Assembly (NCBI GenBank): GCA_951406725.2
Contig: OX597840.1
Span: 13,392,001-13,456,000, forward strand
DNA: 64,000 nucleotides
From: Octopus vulgaris
Lineage: Eukaryota
Direction of reading: 5' to 3'
This document shows, piece after piece, positions 27,605 through 42,298 of this stretch (positions are counted from its first letter, which is position 1; every line of letters starts with the position of its first letter). The translations under genes and the position numbers were made by a program. The notes under the pieces are model-generated. The model was given only the letters and a program-made list of their open reading frames with translations. It was not told the DNA's origin and ran no database searches.

Positions 27605-30600
27605 TAATAAGATATTTGTTTTGCAAGATTTTTGATGTGAAATCATGTGTTGAAACAGATATTGTATTTAGGAATGGTCATTTTGCCAGTTTAGCCAGTA
27701 AAAACACACGCACTATATATTTGGTGTTACTTTGCTTCGGTGTTATTTATTTTTTACATTAATCTTAATCTTATTTCGGCCACAGTTCTTTCGCTACACT
27801 CCTGTGACCTCATCAGTGGTCCTTTGCTTTCTTCTTTCTTATTTGTGTGTCTCTCCTTACTAACGGTCAGCCATGTATTCCTATTGTATGCGTCTTCATT
27901 TGCGCATGCGTATAACTCTATGTGTGTCTATGTTTAGTTAGTGTGTGTGATGAGGTCACAGGAGTGTGACGAAAGAACTCTGGCCGAAATAAGATTAAGG
28001 TTAATGTAAAAAATAAATAACACTGAAGCAAAGTAACACCAAATATATAGTGCGTGTGTTTTTACAGAATAAACTGGCAAAATGACCATTCCTAAATACA
28101 ACAATAATATTAATCTTTTCTACTTTAGACACAAGGCCCGAAATTTTGGGGGAAGGGGCCAGTCGATTAGATCGACCTCAATATGCAACTAGTACTTAAT
28201 TTATCGAATCCGAAGGATGAAAGCTAAAGCCAACCTAGGCAGAATTTGAACTCAGAACGTAACGACGGGCGAAATACCGCTAAGTATTTCATTCAGCGCG
28301 CTAACGATAATAGTTTTTGAAGCATGACCAGTAAACAAGTGTCACCTTAGTCTGCTGGTTGTGGACGGCTGAAACTTTCCATCATACTCAGAAAAATAAG
28401 CTGTGTTTTCATATTATTATTATTATTATTATTAAAATGTTTCAAATCTTGGTACAAGACCAGCAGTTTTTTAGAGGGAGAAAGATAGTTGGTTATATCG
28501 ATCCAAGTACTTAACTCATACTTTATTTCATCGACCCCGAAGGAAAGGAAGAAAAAGTTGACTTCGGTTGATTTGAACTCACAACGTAAAAATCCAGAAC
28601 TGCCATTAAGCATTTGTCATTTTATTTTATTTTACTTGACACAAATCGGCTGATATTGGCGACATTACATTAACAGGTTTGAATAGTTATTTTTATATAG
28701 AAATCGTATAAAAAGGAAATGAATTTTAATTATATCTGATCGTAATTAGTTTTAATTTTGCTTTCTATTTCAGACTGGGCCGACCTAATTTCACTTTCCC
28801 CTCTTTCGAACCAAACAAAAATCCAACTGAATTGCACCAGTCGATCTTCTTAGCGGATGCTCCTCTGTATTCCCATTTTCCGTTATTTAAGTGAGCCGTT
28901 TACATTTTTTACGTATTTTGTAGCATGTTAACGTTTTTCTGCGTTATTGAGTAGTTCAAATATCAACGGGATTCACTGATTTTTTTTTTATCTTAGAATA
29001 AAGTACCTGTCAATGACAGGGGTCGATGTAACCTACGCTACCATGTCCTCTCACAACGCGTAACCATTTCCCTATGTTAGATAGGTTAGACATCAGCATT
29101 TGGTCACAATACTTCTCTCTATCTTGTGTTCAAATCCTATCAAAGTCAGTATTGTCTTGCATCTAAAAAAACTGGTAGAAGACAGAAAGACTCAATACCA
29201 GAAACAAACCAAAGAGAAAAGGCAAGAGCGAATATAGAGTCATTGATAGCTAAATAAAGTTCTAGAAACAAAGTAACTACAGCTAAAATATAACTGTTGC
29301 TTAATAAAGACATCCACACGCGCGCGCGCACGCACACAGAGAGAGTGAGTGAGTGAGAGAGAGAGAGAGAGGTGGGGTATCAGTTAAAATTCTTCCAATT
29401 CACTTGTATAGATTATTCTTAGTTTATCTTCTATCATAAGTATTTTCCCGGCTGGTGAGTTCAGCCATTTTGTTTAAAGCTTTCATGGAAACTCAGAAGA
29501 GACAAATATAGTGTTTACCTCCGATGAAGTTTCTGTATCAGATCCACTCACAAGGCTTTAGTCGGCCCGAGGCTATTGTTGAAGACACTTGCCCAAGGTT
29601 CCACGCAGTGGGACTGAACCTGGAACCATGTGGTTGGGAAGCAAGCTTTCTAGACAGCCATTCCTGCACCTTATATGTTAGCAAGATTAAAGGTAAAAGA
29701 AGTTGTTTTGTATGATAGAATGCAGTTGCAGCTGAGGTTTCTATATTTAAAAAGACTAAACAGGAACCATGATCTTCGAAATTGTCAAATTTTCAATTCT
29801 TAAATATTTTATATTTTCCCAATCAAGTCAGCGAACTCAAAATATTGTGAACAGAAGAAAGGAAAGAATTTCCATTAACGTACCGAGTAAGTATATTAAA
29901 CATAAAATAGATTGTCTTTCTAATAAGTGAGATATCAATATATTCATATATAAATTAGTACACAAACTTTTGAACAGTTTTTTTATAAGTAATATGACTC
30001 TTACATATTTCTTATAAGTAATATGACTCTTACATGGTTCGAATAATGCTTCAATTTATTTCAATATTTCCCTCAATAATAATAATAATAATAATAATTA
30101 ATGTTAGAACTGTAATGGAGTTATATATTGCATTGGTGCTCAACGCTGGGAGCACATTTCGGTGTAGCCGGGGCCGTTGTAAGCCAATGGAGGCGTTTGA
30201 ATAACTCCTGTTCTTTTGCCACTCAGTTGTTATTTAATATCAATTTTTTAAATAAAAGCGCAATTTTCAAAAATAATTTGGAAACCAACATTTTTAACCC
30301 CTCGGACGAGGTCGAAATTAAAGGAAACTGGTTCTTGCAAAGGATACTTAGCTCTGTGTATACAATGAGTTAACAATTCAGTTCTTTTATTCAAATCATT
30401 TCTTCCTTCAAGCAAATTTTGTAATAATATAATTATATATCTCGATTTATAATTTGCATAATATTTCTTCGAAATATGTCATTCCTTATTGTGCATTTGA
30501 TTATAATTTGTAAACTGGTTCTGCCTCGAATATAAAATTGTTGTTTCAGTTTATAAAGATAAAAATACCATGATGCCATATGGGGAAGACTTGTCTGTGT

Positions 30601-33600
30601 ATGGAGAAAATAACGAGATGAAGAAATCATTGAAACCCGGCCATATTTACATGGACACGAAACTATTTGGGCTTGGTTGTTGTTCCCTCCAAGTTACATT
30701 TCAAGCTGCTGATATAAAAGAAGCTGCTTACCTCTATGACAATCTGATACCGCTTACTCCAATTATGGTAGGCATCACTTTATATATCCGTTCGTTATCA
30801 ACAGATTTTTTTGTTTTTAGTAGAGCTATGACCCTGAAGTTTGTTAACAGAATACTACATCGTTAACTGTTATAAACCAGGCATTTAACTGTACATTATT
30901 AACATATTCTGTCAATATAGACCGCCTTACAAAATATGTTGCACTGTTAAATATTATACTGTCAATATAAACTAAAATATCAACATATCCTACAGTGTTT
31001 ACATTAATTATGCTTACTTGCTCCTTCTCGAGCTATGCCTGGCTCATAAGGGCCGCTTTTCTGGTTTCATTGGCGTATAGGTTCGCTACCTGGTCAGGAC
31101 GCCAGTCCGTCACAGGTGAGCTGCAAGATGCAGGAAGGAAGAGTGAGAGAAAGTTGTGACGAAAGAGTCAGCAGAAGTTCGCCGTTACCTTCTGTCGGAA
31201 CCACGTGGGGCTTAAGTGTTTCGCTCATAAACACACACATCGCCAGGTCCGAGATTCGAACCCGCGATCCCTCGATCGCGAGTCCGCTGCTCTAACCACT
31301 AGGCCACGTGCTACCAGTTACATTAATTATACTATGAATATATATATCACATTGTTTAAATATATAATGCCAAAGTGTATTATACTGTTAAAGTATACAA
31401 ACAATTCGTGGCACTCTATCGGTTATATAGTTTCATGTACATGACAAGTACCATTCATCAGGCGCCTGATGAAAGTACTTGTCATGTACGTAAAACTATT
31501 AGTAGTGCGTGTAGTACATGTGGAGTGAAACGCATACATTAATATCGAACTCTCGTTAAATGGCATACTCTTCTTGTTGACCTTTTTACGCAAATCAATT
31601 TATTGTATACTAGCAGTATCGCCCGGCGTTGCTCGGGTTTGTAAGGGAAATAACTATATAAGCATTTTTAGAGAGTTACTTCCCTTATAGATGCCAATTT
31701 GGGCTTTCTTAGCCATTTCTGTTTTGGTGTCTTCAAGCCATGAAGTCGTTGTTCTAAAACAACGCTGGTCTCCTTGACAACGCTTTACGACGTTAATTTT
31801 CTTACACTCCCTTCCCCACAGCTTCACGAGGGAGGGAAGAAGGGGGAGAAGCAAACAGGTGCAGGTGTGACCATGGACGCCAACTCCGCCGACATCGACA
31901 CACGAAAAATTATGCATTAAAATGGAATAAAAAATGATGTTAAATTATTTTTAAAATCGTAGACTCATCGTAGACGCGCGCTAATACTCAGACGGGCTCG
32001 ATATTAATCACGACTATAAGATACCCGAATTTGGTTAAACTGCACCGCAAAATGTGGGAGTAGTTAGGAATCTAAATCGAAGGGGACAGACACTCACACA
32101 ACTACAGTTTTATATATATATATAGATATGTGTGTCTGTCTGTGTGTATGTGTGTGTGTATAATTAATCCAAAAACAAAAGAAGAGAAAAAACGCAAGAA
32201 AAAGCAACAACAACACGAGGACGTGGTACATTCAAAGTATTGAAAGACGCTCAGGGAAGGAAAGAAAGGGTGTTTTACGTTTCGAGCAAAGCTCTTCTTC
32301 AGAAACAGGAGACAGAGGAAAGTCCAAGAGAAAAGGAAGACAGAAGTTAAAAAATCGCCAACAATCCCCATGTATATTATTAAGTAAGGAAATGGAGTTA
32401 TTTAATGGATATAAATTTATTTATTTATTTATTAACACTGCCTACAATTGTTTTAATTTACACTCAACGCAAATTACAAACATATAGAATAAGGTTGGGG
32501 TGTCTCAACCGATCAACGTATTTTCCTTAATGTCCTTTTGCCTTGATGAATTTTGATATTTTGCTCTGAATATTCAAAGTGCAAACTTATTTTATTCTAT
32601 TTATTTGTAATTTGTATTGAGTGTAAATTAACACAATTGTAGGCAATGTTAACAGATAAATTAATTTATATTCATTCTCTCCATTTTGTTACTTAATAAT
32701 ATATACCATAGGAGCAAAGAGTTCCTTCGAGTTCCTATTTGAAAAAACTTTATTCCTACCAGCGAAAATTTTATGTTGTTGATGTAATAAGAATTTATAG
32801 ATCTCGAGAGAAGGCGAAATAATTTTTAGTTTCTGCAACACTGGATCCCGAAGCAGATAAATAGTCACTACTATCCAAGCGTTATCTGCTTCAGGTTACA
32901 CCGTTCAAAAAAGAATTATTTTATGGTTTATGAATTCATATGACGTCAATAATTTTTAAAATAATCTATATTCCATTGTTGTAGTGTTTCTAAATAAGAG
33001 AAGGTGTATATAGTCCAATCCATTATACACACCCGTTGTACTTTTTTTAGCCCGGTTAATATATTATTTCTTCGATCTCTAAAGTATCAAATGTAGATTA
33101 TTATATTATAAATTCTTACTATGGATTTATAGAAATAATATTAGTTTAAAAGCTTGGTACAAGGCCAGCAAGTTCAGGGGATGAATTAGTTGATTATATC
33201 AACCCCAGTTCACAACTGGTACTTATTTTATCGACCCCGAAAGGATAAAAGGCAAAGTCGACCTCAGCGGCATTTGAACTGAGAGGCCGCTAAGCATTTT
33301 CGCCGGCGTGCTAACGATTCTGCCAGCTCGCCGCCTGGTTTATAAAGAGAATATTACGTTTCATTCCTTCTAACAGTAAAGGGCATTGAATTAGCTGAAT
33401 CGGTAGAGCATCGGGAGAAAATGTCTTGTATTCCTTCTTATTCTTTGCGTTCTGAGTTCAAATCCCTCGGAGGTCAACTGTACCATTCATCCTTTCTGCG
33501 CTGATAAAATAAAATACCAGTCATTTACTGGAATCAATGGCAACCATAGAAACTCCTCCCTCAAAACTGGTGGCCTTGTACCTTACGTATAGTGGTTTCT

Positions 33601-36600
33601 ACTTAAAGTAGAAACCACTATACGTATCTCTAATTTTGATATTTAATTCTTATATTAAATTGCTTATTATACATTGTTCTATGGTGTTTCATCTACTCTT
33701 AAACGAATGTTTTCGTCTTTTATCTTCAGTTAGCCCTGACCGCTGCCGCTCCCATTCATCGAGGATTTTTGTCTGATACTGACTGTCGCTGGTGTGCTTT
33801 GGTTCAGTCTTGTGATGACCGAACCAGACAAGAACAGGGGTTAGAAGTGAGTTTCAATATATTTATCTCATTCTTTAAAAACAAAAACCTTGTGAAAAAA
33901 ATGAATTAAAAAATTCTCTCCCATTTCTCAGTACGAATCAATTTGCGGTATAAATATTTTAAAGAAGACCTTTAAGCAATGCAGGTGAGAAATAAAGTAA
34001 AATATCTAAGTTGAGGCCAGTAAATAAATGCAAAGACAAAATATTGTGTCACTCTATATGGGCTGCTTAATGTTTCTATTATATGCGGGAAAACCTTCTT
34101 ATCAAATCTGGAGCACTTCATAGAAGACGAGGGTCCCAGCTGATACAATCAACGGAACAGCTTGCTCGTGAAATTAACGTGCAAGTGACTGAGCAATCCA
34201 CAGACACGTGTACCCCTAACGTAGTTCTCAGGGAGATTCAGCGTGACACAAAGTTTGACAAGGCTGGCCCTTTGAAATACAGGTACAACACATTTTTAGC
34301 AGCTGAGTGGACTGGAGCAACGTGAAATAAAATGTCTTGCTCAAGGACACAACGTGTCGCCAGGAATCGAACTCACGACCTTAAATCGCGAGCCGAATGC
34401 CCTGACCACTAAGCCATGCGCCTTCACCCATTATCAAATACACTATAAAAACAACAGCTATTGCTCGGAGAACTCATTTTCAAAGAAGTCGATAAATTTA
34501 ATACTTAAATCAGCTTCAAAGTTCCGATTCAGATACTGAATTCATAATTATGTCGTCATAGAGTGAAATCCTGTTTAGAATGGAACTTTGGATTGGATCA
34601 TAATTTTAATGTCTTCGAAAACTGTGTTAGGCTTCCTTCTTTATCAATGTTTGTTCCTTCTCGAGCCACACCTGGCTCATAGGGTCAGTTTCCCAGCTTC
34701 CTTGGCATATAGGATTCCCCACCTGGACGGGACGCCGGTCCATCGCAGATGAGCTGCAAGATGCAGGAGGAAAGAGTGAGAGAAAGTTGTGGCGAAAGAG
34801 TCAACCGAAGTTTCGCCATTACCTCCTGCCGGATCCGCGTGGAGCTTAGGTGCTTCGCTCATAAACACACACATCGTCCGGTCTGAGATTCGAACCCGCG
34901 ATCCCGCGACCGCTGCTCTAACCACTAGGCCATGTGCCTCCACTTCTTTATCAATAGCATTTATTGATTGATCAAACATGTGAGCCGAAGACAAATAAGC
35001 TTTAACTGTTGCAGTCATCTTGATATCACCTTGATCTGCTGCTTGTAAACCATACGTGCTGTTTAGCAACATAAGCATTTATCTAACATTCGTATGTTGG
35101 TGCTGCAGATTTTGTACAATGAACAGTGTATTACCTACGATCAGTGGCAGCACATGAAGACAGAATAAATATTCTGTCTTCAGAATATATTTCTCTTTTT
35201 TTTTTTATTTTAGACAGAAAAACTATGAAAAAACAATCTTCAAACATTGAAGTAATAATACTGATACATTTACTTGTTTTCTGTAGGACTGGAGTGTAGC
35301 TTTTAAATATTCGGCTGGGTTCACAAGATTGGGTTTTAACCAATAGTCTCTCACTGCATTACCTCCTCGTCCCATCCCAGGTATTAACGTCAAACTATGA
35401 TTACGATAAAAGTAAACGTCGCCCTTTTCAAGCCTAGCGAGGCTCATGGGTTCGGTTTCCCGGTTTCTGTGGCATATGTGTTCCCCCCAGCTGGACGGGA
35501 CGCCAGTCCATCGCAGCATAACTCAAGAAACAGGAAGAGAGAGTGAGAGAAAGTTGGGGCGAAAGAGTACAACAGGGGTCGCCACCACCCACTGCCGGAG
35601 CCTCGTGGAGCTTTTAGGTATTTGTGCTCAATAAACACACACAACGCCCGGTCTGGGAATCGAAACCGCGATCCTCCGACCGCGTGTCCGCTACCCTAAC
35701 CACTACGCCATTGCGCCTCCACCAAACTATGCTTAGTAACTTAAAAACGACTATCGATTATTACATTGCTATGTAATGGGTCAGTCGTGTGTGCTGACAG
35801 AAGACATATCTGTCTTTTTTACTACCCACAAGGGACTAAACACAGAGGGGACAAACAAGGACAGACAAAGGGATTAAGTGGATTACATCGACCCCAGTGC
35901 GTAACTGGTACTTAATTTATCGACCCCGAAAGGATGAAAGGTAAAGTCTACCTCGGCGGAATTTGAACTCGGAACGTAACGACAGACGAAATACGGCTAC
36001 GCATTTCGCCCGGCTTGCTAACGATTCTGCCAGCTCGATGCCTTCAGAAGACATATCTTGTCTACATGAAGAATTCTTGGAAAAGTGTAACTTTCCTCTG
36101 TTATTTCTTTTAATTTTTTCCTCTTGATGGAAAGAACAAAAATACTGTTCCGATGTCATAAATAGAAGCAAGTTTTTGTGCTTTTACCGAATGCTGTCGT
36201 TTTTACTTTATGATATCTTCTCTTCGCGTCATAAATAGCAGCTTATTCTTGCATCTTTGAGTCGTTGTTTTGACTTTATATTTTCTCTTCTTATTAGCCT
36301 TTGACAATTGGTAACAGTTTGATCAAGAAAACCCGTTTTGATACAGTAAGCAGTTACCTGTCTGTGAGCGACAAGTTTTATAACGATTTCGATTACAGTT
36401 ATGATGCTCAACAGTATGGATTATTGAAGGCTGAAGGTATTTAGAAATTCTCTAAAAATATTTTTTAAATAATTGCAGCGTGGAAGGTGTTTATAAGCCA
36501 TTTAAGAAACTCTAAAAAACCGTTAGATTCACTTCAACATTTAAATTCTATTTGTCAAAATATTTTCGTCGCTTTGAAACCGCGACTGACAAAATTCCGT

Positions 36601-37580
36601 GCTATGTTTTTTTTTATTCGATATGAAAATATTATCATTGACCTGTTGACAGAATTAAGTATAAGTGTCAAAAGGGATTTATCTTCGTCTACGGAAACCT
36701 GCTCAGTTTGGCCCTGTCTCAAGTAACCTTTGACCGTGAAGGTGCGTGGCTTAATGGTTAGCGTAATCGGCTCTCGCTCATAAGGTTGTGAGTTCGATTC
36801 CCGGCGACGCGTTCTCCTTGAGCAAATAATTTATTTCATTTTTAATCAAGTCCACTCAGCAGGCAAAAATAAGTTGTACCTGTATTTCAAAGGGCCAGCC
36901 TTGTCACATTCTGTGTCACGCTGAATCTCCCTGGGAGCTAGATTAACGATACATGTGTCTGTGGTGTACTCAGCCACTTGCTCTATAATTCCACAAGCTG
37001 GCGGTTCCGTTGATCGGATTAACTTGAACCCTCGTCGTCAAGTAGGACAACCCTCTGACGCTGCCAGCCGTTGCCATTTCCAATATCTCAAACATAATGG
37101 AGACAGTTTCAATCATTCTCTCTTTCCTTAATGACTACACTACGACTATAACAATTCAGATATGAATGTTACTCACACACACACACACTTATACACACAC
37201 ACACACATATATATATATAGATATATATAAATATATATATGTCTATATAATATACGTGGTGACGCAATGGCCTAGTGGTTAGAGCAGCGGACTCGCGGTC
37301 GTAGGATCGCGGTTTCGATTCCCAGACCGGGCGTTGTGAGTGTTTATTGAGCGAAAACACCTAAAAAAGCTCCACGACGCTCCAGCAGGGGGTGGTGATC
37401 CCTGCTGTACTCTTTCACCACTCTTTCTTCTGCTCGCTTATTCAAAGGCTAAAACAATACATTGTGACCAGCGATGTGGAACATCTGATGGTCTGGTCGG
37501 TCACGTGATCACGTGATATAATATATATATATATACATACATACTATATATACATACATATATCTATATAATATACATGC

Positions 37581-37613
<33 letters not shown>

Positions 37614-37668
37614 TATATATACATACATATATATAATATATATCTACATACCTATATAATTTATATCT

Positions 37669-37710
<42 letters not shown>

Positions 37711-38153
37711 TCTTTTACTTGTTTCAGTCATTTGACTGCGGCCATGCTGGAGCACCGCCTTCAGTTGAGCAAATCAACCCCAGTACTTATTCTTTGTAAG
37801 CCTAGTACTTATTCTATCGGTCTCTTTTGCCGAACCGCTAGGTTACGGGACGTAAACACACCAGCATCAGTTAGTGCCACGCAGTGGGACTGAACCCGGA
37901 ACCATGTGGTTGGTAAGCAAGCTGAACCCGGAGCCATGTGGTTGGTAAGCAAGCTATTTACCACACAGCCACTCCTGCGCCTATATATATATAAAGTTTC
38001 TGTGTATAACAGTATGAACATTTTAATTCAGTTACATCAGTGAGGGGCAGGTAACTCTTCTTGGATGATGTAACTCAGCTGCAAAAATGTTTAACTTAAG
38101 GGTCGTAACACAGTCTGGCAACAACCCAATGGTTGAGACGAGGATATGATTGA

Positions 38154-38218
<65 letters not shown>

Positions 38219-41200
38219 GTGTGTGCTTGTGTGTGTGTGTGTTCGCGCGTGCATACGTATGTGTGAGTGGATGTGTATATGTGCGCATGCCCGTGTGTCG
38301 GTGTGTATTATCAGTTCTTTCTTGAAAGCATGTTACAATTATGTAAATTTAATTGGTTAAATTATTTGTTAATTAATCAGGTGTTGATGAAATGATGTCC
38401 AAATACGTTGCCCAACTCCTGGTCAGAGACCCAATCGTTTTATACAAAGAGAAGATCGATCAAGACATAATGAATGATACGGATCACATTCAGGTAAAAC
38501 ATAATTCTTGAATGCTTTTTATTTAAAAATAAATTGGTTGGAGTTATCAAGGTAGAAATTAACTCTATGATAGACTAATTTTTGCCTTCCCTTGGCCTTC
38601 GACACCTGATGGAATCGTAAAGATTATGTCGTGTTGTAGCGTGTATTTCGAACATTTTACAATCGATCCGATTTCTTCCAGAGAGAAACAGACAAACAAA
38701 CAGACAGACAGACACGCACATTGTAAGACTGATACAGGAAGAGAAACAATAAAGAAAAAAGAGAGAGTGAGACATGAAACATCTTCAAAATTGAATTGGT
38801 ATATTCGTATTTATCAAGACTCGAAATTATGCAGTGCGAAGTTTATTTTGGTAAGATTGGGATTCCGTATCGCAGAGACGGAGAGGAAATAACGCAACCC
38901 ACTCTATCTGACACCCTAATGACTCAGCCAATTTACCACCTGATTCCTAAGTCTCTGTACTCCTTAATCGTCAAAAGGGACGTATTAAGTTTCCAGTAGC
39001 CGGGACCTCTATATAACTTATATATGTCGAGCTTATAGGTGACCATCTTGTGATCACTGTAGCTGGCCATGTGAAACTGTGGACACCGAGCTATCTTCTT
39101 ATCTACTTTTCTAATTAATATTCTATCTAGATAAGACCTGGAAGATCCGTCGCTATTTTCCCATGTCCACAATAGAGCATTCGGAAATTCCAGTCTGTAT
39201 GGATCTACCAGCTCAAAACGTCTTAGTAGATCCTGGTAGCAAGCATTACTTCTATTAACACATGAGCCAACAGAATCTACGCGTGCATCGCAGATTGTGT
39301 TATAGTCTCCTACCACAACTAAAGGATGTGATGTACCAAGAAACTTCTCTAGGTTCCGATAATACTCAGTTTGCCCCGTATCTTGAGGTGCATAAATTGC
39401 AACCAGTTTAATAGTCTTACAATGGGTGAACGTCAAGTCAATGACGACCAGCCTACCTTCTGGATCTGCAAAAATCAACTTTTTCTCAGAAATCCAGTTT
39501 CTTTTTAATATGGCCAACACCCTACTCCCGCTACGAGGACAGCACGGAGAGATGAATCTCTCGTAACCGTCAAACAGCGTGAATGCTTGACATGGACTTA
39601 CCTTTGTCAGTGGTACTCTCTTTTTCACTGGTTCGTGGGGTGATATTCTGACATATTTCCTCGTACATCGACTTGTTAAAATCAAGTCTTGGAGGAATCA
39701 CGTAAGTTGGGTGGTAGTTTTCAAGATGCAATAGTTCATTTTATCTATTTTATAAATGGCAATATTTTCTGGAGTCTTATGATGATGTTTGTAAATTGAC
39801 GCCGTTGGTATTTGCTTTAACCTTTTTCTTTTAATTGTTTGTTATTATTTATTGCAGTCGGCATTTCCTTATATTCGTTAGATTTTCTTGGACTTGATAT
39901 CGGGAACAGATTGACTGGGCTTGGCGGATGAGGGGTGATGTTTGGGAGAGGAGGGAAATCCCAACTAGAGGTGCTAGGGGGGTCTCATCGCCGATGGGGG
40001 AATAGGATGGGGAGGAATCTGATATTGTTGATTTTGGGGAGGAATGGCGGTGGAGTGGGGTAATTTTTCTTTGAGTGTCCTGAGTTTTTCTTTTGGTTGT
40101 TGTAGGGTTGGGTTGAGTTGGTTGTCATTATTATTTTCCCTTTTTGGGGGGTCTTACTACCGACTACCCGGCTTATTGAACACCATCAGTGCCGTGGTTC
40201 TGCTGGTCGGTCTTTTGGTTTTGTTCTTCTTCTTCTTCTTCTTCTTCTTCTTCTTTCTCCTTTCTCCTTGCGGGTGGGGCAGTTTACCCGAATGTGGTCT
40301 TTTTCGCCACATTCGTAACATCTGGGTTTCCCGCCCTCCACCATTACCCGCAAGGTGGTTTCTTCTCCGATGTAGATGTTCTCAGAAATTTCTTCTAACG
40401 TCTGGAGGGCCGCTTGGATTATGATCTCAAGCCCTTGGCCTCGCCAGTGGTTTTCTGAAAGCTTCAATTATCTTGATTTTTATCCTCAAGCCCCACTAGA
40501 AGGGCTGAGATAATCCATATGACATTTATTTCTGGTGGGATTTCCTCAATAACTATTTTGGATGTTCTCCTACCCATATAAGTTGGTAATAAAATGACTT
40601 CGTTGGTTTTCATCGGTTGGAGCGAGTGTTTTATAGCCTTTTCCTCATTTTTGAAGTACACCACTATTGTGGCGTATCTTCTCCCTCTGGTCAAGAACTC
40701 GATGTCTTGCCAGATGGATTGTAGACACTTCTCGATTTGGTCTTTGGATACCTTGTCTATTTTCTTGTCTTTTATTATCATTGTCTTATATGTTATTATT
40801 TTCCTCTTTGTTTCTTCGATGAGTTCATTGGGGGTGGAGCTTTAACATCAAAACCTTCCCTTTCGAACATAACCTCTGTGCTGCCGCAGTGAATCTAGCT
40901 CTATGTTCAATTTATCTTTCCTCACACTGGCTGCGGTGGCAAAATTAATCTTCTTTTGGTTGTCTTCTGTTGGGTTTACTTATCCGTTATTCATTTTATC
41001 ATTTTCAGCATTTATTTTTCCTTCTTTGTTCCTTTTCCAGTTTACTGCATTTATGTGGCTTTCGTTCACATTTTCATTCGTTTGGTCTTGTTTTACAATT
41101 GCTCTTTGGTTAGCTTGGTCAGGGTTAGAACACTTGTCCTCCGAATTCATTTTTACAAAAATACATATCTTCCAAAATATTTTTTCAAAAATTGTTTCAA

Positions 41201-42252
41201 AAATTATTTTTCCCTCCTTATGGAGGGGAACAACAGTCCACTACGTCTGTTAAAACAAAACGTAGAACAATAACAAAAGTTCAGAAGCTAACAATAAATG
41301 GCAACAATAACAATAAATAATAAAAACAATTACTAACCAAATTCTCGCAAAGACAAATTAACCGCAGCGTGCTAACGCTTCTGCCAACTCGCCGTCTTAG
41401 ATTAAGAAATTATGAAGGATTTTCTTAATACAGTTTTCAAAACAAGCATAAATTTGGGTTTTTTTCATTAATCTAGATGTCGTTATTTCGAATATTTACT
41501 GCAGACCATATTTTTATCCGAATGTAGCAAAAGTCAAAGGTTATTTTCGAATTTGCTTTTTGTTTTGTTTATAATGTGTGAACATTTTCAGAGTATTCTT
41601 AAAACAATTATTATAATCCAGACTAAACACTTTTATTCCTATATATCATAATCTTTTCTACTCTAGGCACAAGGCCTGAAATTTTCCACTGATATTGTAC
41701 ATTTATAACAATTTAATTAAGCACACAGTATTTATTCGTATATAATACATTCTTGTGTATCGTGGCACTCTGACAGTAACGACGACGGGGGTTCCAGTTG
41801 ATCCGATCATACGTGAAATTAACGTATAAGTGGCTGAGCACTCCACAGACACGTGTACCCTTCACGTAGTTATCGGGGAGATTCAGCGTGACATAGTGTG
41901 TGGCAAGGCTGGCCCTCAGGAGGATGCCATTCGATTAGATTGACCCCAGTACGAAACTGGTACTTAATTTGTCGAGGCCGAAAGGATGAGAGGCAAAGTC
42001 GACCTCGGCGGAATTTGAACTCAGAACGTAAAGGCAGACGAAACACCTACTTCTTTACTACCCACAAGGGGCTAAACACAGAGAGGACAAACAAAGACAG
42101 ACAAACGGATTAAGTCGATTATATCGACCCCAGTGCGTAACTGGTACTTATTTAATCAACCCCGAAAGGATGAAAGGCAAAGTCGACCTCGGCGGAATTT
42201 GAACTCAGAACGTAAAGACGGACGAAATACCTATTTCTTTACTACCCACAAG

Positions 42253-42298
<46 letters not shown>

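Noticed and set aside
30570-30866. Stand-alone 98-aa gene
   Set aside because: It is GCLC exon 7 read through its GT donor into the intron.
37258-37335. tRNA-like sequence with A/B boxes (also at 42880, 46396, 59487, 63849)
   Set aside because: Each continues into a repeated SINE body, so these are SINE heads rather than tRNA genes.
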